A DNA stretch of 64,000 nt from an uncultured Candidatus Rokubacteria bacterium (GTDB taxonomy: Bacteria > Methylomirabilota > Methylomirabilia > Rokubacteriales > CSP1-6): contig CAVXJS010000021.1 of NCBI GenBank assembly GCA_963762145.1, forward strand, positions 1,152,001-1,216,000, in the 5' to 3' direction. Made by a program: the position numbers and the translations under genes. Of this stretch, positions 13,811-22,695 are shown in pieces; within the stretch, counting starts at the first letter, position 1, and each line of letters starts with the position of its first letter. Below the pieces are notes generated by a model that ran no database searches, had not been told where the DNA came from, and saw nothing but the letters and a program-made list of their open reading frames with translations.

Positions 13811-14237
13811 GCACCGGGCAGGGCGCGGTCGCGATGGCGCGCGCGGCCACGCTGCCCAGGAAGAAGCGCGGAAACCCAGTGCGGCCGTGGGTGCCGACCA
13901 CGAGGACGTCCGCGCGCTTCGCCCTGGCCGCCCGCACGATGACCTCGTACGGGCTTCCGGCCACGACCAGGCCCGCGGCGCGGACGCCCGCCCGCCTGGC
14001 CTTCGCCACCAGCGCTCCGACCTGCTTCTTCGCCGCCGCGTGCAGGGCCGCCTCGATCCCATCCCAGGTCGGCGGCGGGATGTACGGGCTGCCCAGGGGC
14101 GGAGTGGAGAGCATCACCGCGTGCATGACCAGGAGCCGTGCGCGATTGGCCTTGGCCAGCGCCACCGCGCGCGCGAACGCGGCGTCCGAGACCGACGAGC
14201 AATCGGACGCTATCATCACCGTTCGGATCTTCGCCAT
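13791..14237 (-). CDS. Universal stress protein
   Basis: [13 protein letters not shown]...FLGSVA...APCPVLTVR. Confidence 0.92.
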
Positions 14238-14276
14238 GTTCGGACCTCCTCTGCCCAACCGAGCCCCAGGCCCCGC

Positions 14277-14795
14277 ATGATCCCCCTCGCTCCGCTTCTC
14301 TTCCGGCTGGTCCAGCTCCTCTACTTCATGGCGCCGGCCTATGCCGCCAACATGGCTCCCCCGTTCGTCCGGTACTGGAGCGGGTGGAACCCGCCGATCA
14401 GTCGACGGTGGCTCGGCTCGCACAAGACCGTCGTGGGCTTCGCGGCCGGTGTCCTCGCGGCGACGGCGGCGACGTTCGTCCAGTCCCGCCTCGCCTGGGA
14501 GGGCGCGCTCGCGGCTCCCGAGCCCTGGCTGACGCTCGGGCTCCGCTTTGGCTTGGGCGCCATGGCGGGCGACACCGCGAAGAGCTTTCTCAAGCGTCGC
14601 GCCGGAATCGCCGCGGGCCATCCCTGGATCCCCTGGGACCAGATCGACTTCGTGCTGGGCGCGCTCGCGCTGGTCTGGGGTGCGGCGGCGCTGTCATGGG
14701 TCGACGTGGCGACCATCCTGGTGCTGAGCGTGATCGGACACGTCCTCGTCAACCACCTCGCCTACTGGCTCGGGATCCGCAATGCGAAGTGGTAA
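14277..14795 (+). CDS. CDP-archaeol synthase (CarS/DUF46) family membrane protein
   Basis: PAYAANMAPP, GSHKT..G, GD..KSFLKRR.G, PWDQIDF. Confidence 0.8.
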   Translation: MIPLAPLLFRLVQLLYFMAPAYAANMAPPFVRYWSGWNPPISRRWLGSHKTVVGFAAGVLAATAATFVQSRLAWEGALAAPEPWLTLGLRFGLGAMAGDTAKSFLKRRAGIAAGHPWIPWDQIDFVLGALALVWGAAALSWVDVATILVLSVIGHVLVNHLAYWLGIRNAKW

Positions 14796-14908
14796 CCGCG
14801 CCCGAATCCAATCTCCGGCTTGAAGTGCCTGCAGCGACACCCGGCCGCCCGACATTCGCCCGTTTGGTCGTGTTCCCGGTCGGAATGTCCACAGATGCAC
14901 ATGTCCAT
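14762..14908 (-). CDS. 48-aa Cys/His-rich putative zinc-binding microprotein
   Basis: Manual translation MDMCICGHSDREHDQTGECRAAGCRCRHFKPE...; G-rich RBS upstream. Confidence 0.55.
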   Translation of the reverse strand: MDMCICGHSDREHDQTGECRAAGCRCRHFKPEIGFGRGYHFALRIPSQ

Positions 14909-14943
14909 GCTCGTCCCCCCAGCGCCATGACCGGGTCAACCGG

Positions 14944-14989
14944 ACGTGGGCCGCCTCCGGATGCACCGGCAGACGGCGGCGGCCCACGT
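14944..14989. other. GC-rich inverted repeat (hairpin) downstream of BON gene
   Basis: ACGTGGGCCGCC ... GGCGGCCCACGT 12-bp arms. Confidence 0.5.
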
Positions 14990-15027
14990 GACCCGCAATG
15001 TGGATCTCCTTCGCGCCACCTACTCTC

Positions 15028-15702
15028 TCAGACCGGCTCGGTTCGCAGATGATCCTCGACAGCGCGAACACCGGGCGTGAAACGGGCGGCCGCCAGCACC
15101 GATTTGCGCTCCGCCCATGAATGGACCGGGCCCGTCAGCGTGACGGTGCCGTCCCGGACGTCGACGCCGATGTGCCGGGCCTCGCGCTCGGCGCGCCGCT
15201 CCAGGGCCTGCTCGATCGCCTTGCGGACGTCCCCGACCACCGGTTTCGCAGGCGTGACGGTGATGTTGTTCACGACCATCTTCACCCCCATCAAATTGCG
15301 GACGGCCCGCGCCGCATCCTCGCGCTGACTCGAGCGCTCGACCTGACCTGCCAGCGTGACCCAGCCGTCCGTCACCGTGGATGTGATCTTCTCGTTGGGG
15401 ACAAACACGTCCCATTCGATTGCTCGTCGCACCGCCTGAGCGATCTCGGTGTCGGTCCGGCCGAGAGTGCCCGGCACCTTCACCTGGATGTCGTTCGCCA
15501 CGTCGAGAACGCCCATCACGCGACGGGCCGCCTCCTGAGCCGCCACGCGCTTGGCCCAGCCCGTCACGGTGCCGGTCAGCGTGACGACGCCGCCGGCTAC
15601 TTGAACCCCGACCTCCGTCTCGTCGACGCGAGAATCCCACTTGAGCTCCTCGAGCACGTCATGATGGATCTGCGTGTCACTCTTCCTGATCGTCTGGGAC
15701 AT
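15028..15702 (-). CDS. Triple-BON domain protein (OsmY-like)
   Basis: Three repeats with G.VTL.G.V and GV..V.N. Confidence 0.92.
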   Translation of the reverse strand: MSQTIRKSDTQIHHDVLEELKWDSRVDETEVGVQVAGGVVTLTGTVTGWAKRVAAQEAARRVMGVLDVANDIQVKVPGTLGRTDTEIAQAVRRAIEWDVFVPNEKITSTVTDGWVTLAGQVERSSQREDAARAVRNLMGVKMVVNNITVTPAKPVVGDVRKAIEQALERRAEREARHIGVDVRDGTVTLTGPVHSWAERKSVLAAARFTPGVRAVEDHLRTEPV

Positions 15703-15817
15703 GGCTGTCTCCTTCCCCTTTGTTGGAGCGCAGCGCTCACTGCGCCGCGCCCTCCGCTACAACTGCATGCCTAGCGCAAGGGACCTGCTTGTACTGCAAG
15801 CCTGCTCTCCCTCGGTC

Positions 15818-16258
15818 CTACTCGCCCTTGATCGGGATCGTCGTGCCCTTGGCGGCCGGCGTCTTCGGCAGCGTCACCGTCAACAGCCCATTCTTGAACG
15901 CGGCCGAGACCTTGTTTGCGTCCACCCCGACCGGCAGCCGCGCGCTCCGGGTGAACGCCCCGTAGGACCGCTCGATGCGGTGATACCGCTCATCCTTCTG
16001 TTCCTTCTCCTGCTTCTTCTCGCCCTTGATCGTCAGCAGGTTCTCCTGCAGCGAGACCTCGATGTCCTTCTGGTCCATCCCGGGTACCTCCACCTTCACG
16101 ACCACGCTGTCCTTCGTCTCCGAGATGTCCATGCTCGGAGCCCAGTCTCCGACCACCGGGAACTCGTCCCACTTGAGCTCCTCGAGGCGATCGAACCAGC
16201 GGTCCAGCTCGCTCTTCAGGCCTGCCATCCCCGTCCACGGCATCAGTCCCCGCGTCAT
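15818..16258 (-). CDS. Hsp20/alpha-crystallin family protein
   Basis: WAPSMDISET, YHRIERSYG.F.R, A.FKNGLL.VTLPK; AGGAGG RBS. Confidence 0.95.
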   Translation of the reverse strand: MTRGLMPWTGMAGLKSELDRWFDRLEELKWDEFPVVGDWAPSMDISETKDSVVVKVEVPGMDQKDIEVSLQENLLTIKGEKKQEKEQKDERYHRIERSYGAFTRSARLPVGVDANKVSAAFKNGLLTVTLPKTPAAKGTTIPIKGE

Positions 16259-16315
16259 GACCATCCTCCTTCTGGTGAAAGTGTTTCGATGAACATCGTC
16301 GCCGCCGCTGAGTAG

Positions 16316-16331
16316 TGCATCACCGATGCCA
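16316..16331 (-). promoter_or_regulatory. sigma54 promoter of hsp20
   Basis: TGGCATCGGTGATGCA; IHF-like ATTCAAGACGTTG at 16348-16360. Confidence 0.75.
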
Positions 16332-16383
16332 GTCAGATCATCCAGTGATTCAAGACGTTGCGATCGGCGGGTGGATAACGGCC

Positions 16384-16418
16384 GGGGCGCCCGCGCCCGC
16401 ATGTGGCCGCAACGCCCC
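16384..16418. promoter_or_regulatory. Tandem putative UAS
   Basis: GGGG-CGCCCGCG-CCCG-CAT-GTGG-CCGCAACG-CCCC. Confidence 0.55.
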
Positions 16419-16547
16419 AGGGGCGATTGTCCGCAGCGTCGCGGACGGCCACGTCGGGACCCACGGTGACAACAGCCCAGCGAAGACCGGCAGCGTGCGC
16501 GCCACCTGGCCCGGCTCCTCCCGAAGGCACCTTTCCAGAATCACCAG

Positions 16548-16700
16548 CTGGAGATCATGCTCGGTGAGCATCCCGATGAGCCGCCGCCCGGCGTACTGGT
16601 TGTGTCTCTCAACATCGCCGATACCGGAGAGGGCATACAGCCCGAGGCGCTCAAGAGAATCTGGGAGCCGTTCCCCTCAGCGACGAACCCCGCTGACCTC
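16548..16700 (+). pseudogene. Histidine kinase HATPase_c fragment
   Basis: VSLNIADTGEGIQPEALKRIWEPF = G1/F boxes; no H box or G2 box. Confidence 0.55.
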
Positions 16701-16737
16701 CAAACAACCGCCGAACCGGACGAAACCGCGCGTCATC

Positions 16738-17286
16738 TCACTGCCGGCTCTTGCCCCGGACCTGTCGCAGCAGCTTCTCCAGCCACCCGGCCTCGTCCGA
16801 GGCGACCGTCGACCGGTATGCAGGCGGCGGCGGCTCCGGATCCGGGGTGGCCTGGTGCCCAGTAGTCTGAACGATGTGGATCCGATAGAAGACCGGCACC
16901 AGAGGGCGCGTGCCGCCGCCGAGTATCGTCTTCACGTACGCGGGCTCCCACCACATGCCGCTCTGCTTCAGCAGTGTGTGGGCGAATAGGCGCGCGCTCT
17001 GCCATTGCGGCGTATCGGGCAGCTCCTCGTAGCGACCAAAGGCGATGACGCTCGCCCACTGCTGGGGGCTCACGACCTCGTCCACCTCGATACAGACCAA
17101 GGGGTTGGCGCGCATCCACTCGATTTTCTTGCCGAGCGTGGCAAAGCCATAGAGCGACCGATCCGCGTACGCGAGATAGACGGGCACCACGTAGGGCTGG
17201 CCCCCCTGACTGCACGCCAGCCTGCCCAGCCGCGTGCGGGCCAGCAGGTCCAGGCTCGCCTGGCCGCTCAGCTCCTGGATCAACAT
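16738..17286 (-). CDS. Pyridoxamine 5'-phosphate oxidase-like (NimA-type) flavin-binding protein
   Basis: GRLAC...PYVVP, G.KIEWMRANP.VC.EVD, W.SVI.FG.YEEL. Confidence 0.88.
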   Translation of the reverse strand: MLIQELSGQASLDLLARTRLGRLACSQGGQPYVVPVYLAYADRSLYGFATLGKKIEWMRANPLVCIEVDEVVSPQQWASVIAFGRYEELPDTPQWQSARLFAHTLLKQSGMWWEPAYVKTILGGGTRPLVPVFYRIHIVQTTGHQATPDPEPPPPAYRSTVASDEAGWLEKLLRQVRGKSRQ

Positions 17287-17306
17287 GATGTGGGCAACAC
17301 GGAGCG

Positions 17307-17387
17307 CTACCGGATGCGTATGTCTCGCACGGAGCCGAGGATTCCGAACACCGGCGAGAGCCAGAGGACGACGCCGATCCGGCTCAT
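17307..17387 (-). CDS. 26-aa hydrophobic microORF, possible remnant of a small membrane protein
   Basis: GAGGAG RBS + MSRIGVVLWLSPVFGILGSVRDIRIR. Confidence 0.35.
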   Translation of the reverse strand: MSRIGVVLWLSPVFGILGSVRDIRIR

Positions 17388-17409
17388 GTCCGCTCCTCAC
17401 TCGGGGCGG

Positions 17410-17637
17410 TCACGCCGAGGACCTCCGAGAACCGATGAAGACCATTACCACACCCCCGGCAAGCGCCAGCGCGCCGACGACCGGGGGCAGCGGAATGCTC
17501 TTCTTCTTCTCGACCGAGGCCTGGAGCGGCCCCAGGTCGATGACCTTCTCCCGCGTCGTGTACGTGATGCCCTGATAGGCCAGGGCCAGCACGCCGAGAA
17601 CGATCAGGGCGATACCGACGAGCGTCACCGGCTTCAT
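17410..17637 (-). CDS. Small two-TM membrane protein (DUF3185-like)
   Basis: MKPVTLVGIALIVLG...YTTREKVIDLGPLQ...IPLPP. Confidence 0.8.
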   Translation of the reverse strand: MKPVTLVGIALIVLGVLALAYQGITYTTREKVIDLGPLQASVEKKKSIPLPPVVGALALAGGVVMVFIGSRRSSA

Positions 17638-17927
17638 GCGTCCCTCCTCGCGGGCGCCGGCCGAATCGCCTCCTGCCCGGCCTGGAGCGCGTCGCTCACG
17701 TGCGCCTTCGTGTCCTGTAGGAAGTCCTCGGCTCGACGCAGGGCCTCGCCGCCGCGGTCCAGCACCTGCCCGGCGGTCTCCTCGATCGTCCGGACTCCCT
17801 CCGCGACCGTCGTGCGCACCCCGCGCGTCTTCTCCTCTACGTACGCCTCCATCTCCCGTCCCCACAGCCACACGACGGCGCCCCCCACGATCGCTCCCAG
17901 CAGAAAGACCCGGCTGCTTCGCATCAC
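17634..17927 (-). CDS. YtxH-like protein
   Basis: FLLGAIVGGA TM segment followed by amphipathic helix. Confidence 0.7.
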   Translation of the reverse strand: MMRSSRVFLLGAIVGGAVVWLWGREMEAYVEEKTRGVRTTVAEGVRTIEETAGQVLDRGGEALRRAEDFLQDTKAHVSDALQAGQEAIRPAPARRDA

Positions 17928-17937
17928 ACACCTCCCG

Positions 17938-18248
17938 TCACTTCATCCGCATATCGTTCTTGACGGACTTCACGCCGGCCACCCCACACGCGAGCTTCAT
18001 CGCCTGGTCTATATCCGCCTGAGATCGCACGAAGCCGCTCAGTTGCACCACGCCCTTGAACGTCTCGACGTTGATCTCGTTGACCTTGAGGCTGGCGTCG
18101 TTGAAGATCGCCGACTTCACCTTCGCCGTGATCACGGAGTCATCGACGTACTCTCCGGTCCCCTCTTTCGTCGCGGTGGATCCGCACCCCACGCCGTCGC
18201 CACGACGATGGTGAGAACCACGACCCCGAACCTCCTCAGTGCTCCCAT
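17938..18248 (-). CDS. BON-domain lipoprotein (frameshift near 18195 in signal peptide)
   Basis: AAGGAG RBS, MGALRRFGVVVLTIVVAT / GCGST..EGTGEYVDDSVITAKVK...VETFKGVVQLSGFV. Confidence 0.85.
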
Positions 18249-18320
18249 GGCCAGAATCTCCTTCCGCCTGGCCGATCGTGAGCGTCACTCGGGCCGTTAA
18301 CTCCGCCTGAAGCCGTCCAA

Positions 18321-18336
18321 AGCAAGCGAGGTGCCA
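18321..18336 (-). promoter_or_regulatory. sigma54 promoter of BON-YtxH-DUF3185-PNPOx operon
   Basis: TGGCACCTCGCTTGCT; IHF-like ATTCGATATGTTG 18354-18366; UAS-like GCGG-CGGGGATG-CCCC 18411-18426. Confidence 0.85.
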
Positions 18337-18574
18337 AACTCATACCGCAGAGGATTCGATATGTTGGCGCGCGGAACACGCCGCCACAGGTGGGTCAGGA
18401 TCGCGACGCTGCGGCGGGGATGCCCCACACCGACCGCGCCGCCTCAGACGCTGTTGCTGATCGCCAGCGCCCGTCGGGATTCTTCGGGCCGATCAAGTAA
18501 ACCTTCACGCTGTCCTCCCGCCGCGGTCCATCGCGGCCGTCACATCATGCCGAAATGCCGCAGCGCCTCTTCGA

Positions 18575-19135
18575 TTGCTTCTCGCTTCTCGGGCGGGCAC
18601 GGCTCGACGTCACGATCACGACGGGCCCGGTCTGCTCACCGGTGTGCTGTCGTGGCGCGACGTCGTCGGCTACACCGACGCCTGGAGGGTGCTCGTGTGG
18701 TTCGCCACCCTCGTTACGCTGGCCGACGGGCTCCACCGGGTGGGATTCCTGACCTGGTTCGCCGGTCGGATGGCCGCCGATCTCTCATCGGTGCCGCCCA
18801 CCATCCGGCTGGCACTGTTCGTCGCGGTGTTCTTCATCGCCCACTACATGTTCGCGAGCTTGACCGCCCACGCGACCCCGCTGCTACCGGTCCTCCTGGC
18901 CGCGGGCGCGGCCATGCCCGACCTGCCGGCCCGGCCCCTCGCCCTGCTGCTCGCCTATGCCATCGGCCTCATGGGGGTGCTGACGCCTTATGCCACCGGG
19001 CCAGCGCCGATCTATTTCGCGAGCGGCTATGTCAGCCGGCCGGCGTTCTGGGCCCTCGGCGGAATCTTCGGCGCCTTCTTCCTGCTGACGTTGCTCGCGC
19101 CCGGTGTGCCCTGGCTGCTCTCCGGCATCCCGTAG
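18575..19135 (+). pseudogene. DASS (CitT-like) anion permease, C-terminal fragment
   Basis: AW..LVWFATLV.LA.GL, HY.FAS.TAH, LTPYATGP.PIYF.SGY; N-terminal part missing. Confidence 0.75.
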
Positions 19136-19965
19136 GCGGCCAGACACTCGCTCTCACGACCGCGGACCACACGCCGTCCGGCCAGCCGACCCGACGGCTC
19201 CGTCACCATCGTGCGCTGTCCCTCCGATTGGGTATCGGTGTGGAAGTAGACGACGACCCAGTCGCGCGTTTTTCCGAGCTCGTGCGCCCGGGCGGTATTG
19301 GAGAACAGCACCGTGAACTGCCAGTGATCGCGCTCGGCGTGGAGGACCGGCAGCCAGGCGTGACCCTCCGGGTTGAAGCGGCGCGGCGCGATCCGGGGGA
19401 GGCGGCCCGCCTCGGCCGCGGCGCGGTACTGTCGGTCCACGTCCAGCAGCATCGCCACCGGAGGCTCCTCGGCCGGCTCGCGGAGTCGTAGCCGGGTGCG
19501 CCCCAGCATGGCGCCGAGTGCGGCGCGAAGTCCCGCGGCGCGGCGCGGGCCCATCCCGGGCACCGTGGCCAGGCGCCCGTCGTGGCCAGCGACCTCGAGG
19601 GCCTCCAGCGTGTCCACGTGCAACGTGTCGTGAATCCGTCGCGCGAGCGCGGGCCCCACGCCGGGAATGGCCCGGAAGAGCCGCTCGGCGTCCAGGCTCC
19701 CCCGGAGCCGGTCGAGCTGGCTCCAGCGGCCCGTCCGGAGCATCTCGGCGATCGCGGCGGCGATCCGCGGCCCGATCCCCGGCAGCGCGTCGAGACCCGC
19801 AACGCCGTCGCGCTCGTGGATCAGGGTAAGCTCCTGCCCGAGGCCCGAGACCGTCTGGGCGGCCTCGCGGTAGGCGCGAACCCGAAACGGGTTCGCGGCC
19901 TGCTTCTCGAGAAGATCGGCGGCCTCGCGGAGCCGGTCCGCGATGATCTGATTCGTCGCGCTCAC
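19027..19965 (-). CDS. Helix-hairpin-helix protein with PolX-like N-terminal domain, no polymerase domain
   Basis: N..IA..L.E.A.LLE...ANPFRVRAY..AA, LPGIG, IPGVG, VPGMG; C-terminal APRRFNP...FSNTARAH. Confidence 0.85.
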   Translation of the reverse strand: MSATNQIIADRLREAADLLEKQAANPFRVRAYREAAQTVSGLGQELTLIHERDGVAGLDALPGIGPRIAAAIAEMLRTGRWSQLDRLRGSLDAERLFRAIPGVGPALARRIHDTLHVDTLEALEVAGHDGRLATVPGMGPRRAAGLRAALGAMLGRTRLRLREPAEEPPVAMLLDVDRQYRAAAEAGRLPRIAPRRFNPEGHAWLPVLHAERDHWQFTVLFSNTARAHELGKTRDWVVVYFHTDTQSEGQRTMVTEPSGRLAGRRVVRGRESECLAAYGMPESSQGTPGASNVSRKKAPKIPPRAQNAGRLT

Positions 19966-20615
19966 GGCGCCGCGGGCGCGCCGCGGCCGGCATCCCGCAC
20001 GACGTAGCCCCGGGCCACGAGCGCCGTTACCGCCGGCCCCGGATTGATGGTCGCGAGGCGCAGTGCGACTTCCCGCTCGCCGTTCGGCAGCTCGAGCGTC
20101 ATCACGCTGCAGATCCGGCCGCCGGCCTCCTCGGCCGTGCGCACTATCTCCCCAACCCCGGCCGCCGGGTCGCGCACGATCACGTCCACGCGGCTCGACG
20201 GCTCGAGTACGCCCAAAGCCCGCACGAAGAGCTGGAGCACGTCAGTCTCCGTCACGATGCCGACGAGCCGGTCTCCCTCGGTGACCGGGAGTGCGCTGAT
20301 CCTCCGCGTCGCCATCAGGCGCGCGGCTTCCTCAACGCCGGACATCGGCCCGATCGTGACCACCGTGCGCACCATGATCTGCCCCGCGGTGAGCTCGTCG
20401 AGAAGCCGATCGCGCTCACGCCCATCGGGCGTCGAGGCCGCCGAGGCCATGGACTGCTTGAGATCGCGATCGGAGACGATGCCCACGAGCTTGCCCCCGT
20501 CCAGGACCGGCAGATGACGGAAGCCGCGGCGCTGCAGCAACCGCACCAGGTTCGGAAGGCGCGTCTCGAGGGTGGCGGTCACCGGGTGCTCCTGCATGAC
20601 GTCCTTGACGAGCAT
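19962..20615 (-). CDS. CBS + ACT domain protein (AcuB-like)
   Basis: FRHLPV, GIVSDRD, GIVTETD, C-terminal ACT-like region. Confidence 0.88.
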   Translation of the reverse strand: MLVKDVMQEHPVTATLETRLPNLVRLLQRRGFRHLPVLDGGKLVGIVSDRDLKQSMASAASTPDGRERDRLLDELTAGQIMVRTVVTIGPMSGVEEAARLMATRRISALPVTEGDRLVGIVTETDVLQLFVRALGVLEPSSRVDVIVRDPAAGVGEIVRTAEEAGGRICSVMTLELPNGEREVALRLATINPGPAVTALVARGYVVRDAGRGAPAAP

Positions 20616-20618
20616 GGC

Positions 20619-22244
<1,626 letters not shown>

Positions 22245-22260
22245 GTTTTCTCTCCCTCGC

Positions 22261-22656
22261 CTATTCGGGCCGGGACCGCTTCGGTCGACGCGCGCCCGCG
22301 CCGGCTAGCGCCCGCGCCGCGAAGTACTTCTTGGGGTGCCGCTTGCTGTCGCGGTCTTTCTCGCGGTAGCGCTCGAGCTGGCGCTCGAGCACGGCGAAGG
22401 CCGCGTCGAAGGCGAGCCGGGGAGTCACGTCGCTCCGCTCCACGCGGACGCTCGGGCGGAAGGGCACCCGGACCGTCAGCGCGCAGCGCATGGCTCGGCC
22501 ACCCTTTGGGCCGTTGTCGTCGAAGAACGAGGCCTCTCCCTTGACAGGAGCCACCGCCAGCTTCTGCAGGGCCTCGGTCATGAGTCTGTTGACACGGCTG
22601 CTCAGTGGACTCCGCTGCAGTCCAGCGATCCTGATTGCTTTCACGTTGGTCGTCAT
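22261..22656 (-). CDS. HPF/RaiA-family ribosome-associated protein
   Basis: D.NGPKGG...C.L.V.VP, AFDAAF..LERQL. Confidence 0.7.
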   Translation of the reverse strand: MTTNVKAIRIAGLQRSPLSSRVNRLMTEALQKLAVAPVKGEASFFDDNGPKGGRAMRCALTVRVPFRPSVRVERSDVTPRLAFDAAFAVLERQLERYREKDRDSKRHPKKYFAARALAGAGARRPKRSRPE

Positions 22657-22669
22657 GTCAGCTATCAGC

Positions 22670-22685
22670 AGCAACGGCGATGCCA
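22670..22685 (-). promoter_or_regulatory. sigma54 promoter of hpf-groL operon
   Basis: TGGCATCGCCGTTGCT; IHF-like 22703-22715. Confidence 0.8.
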
Positions 22686-22695
22686 ATCGGTGCGG

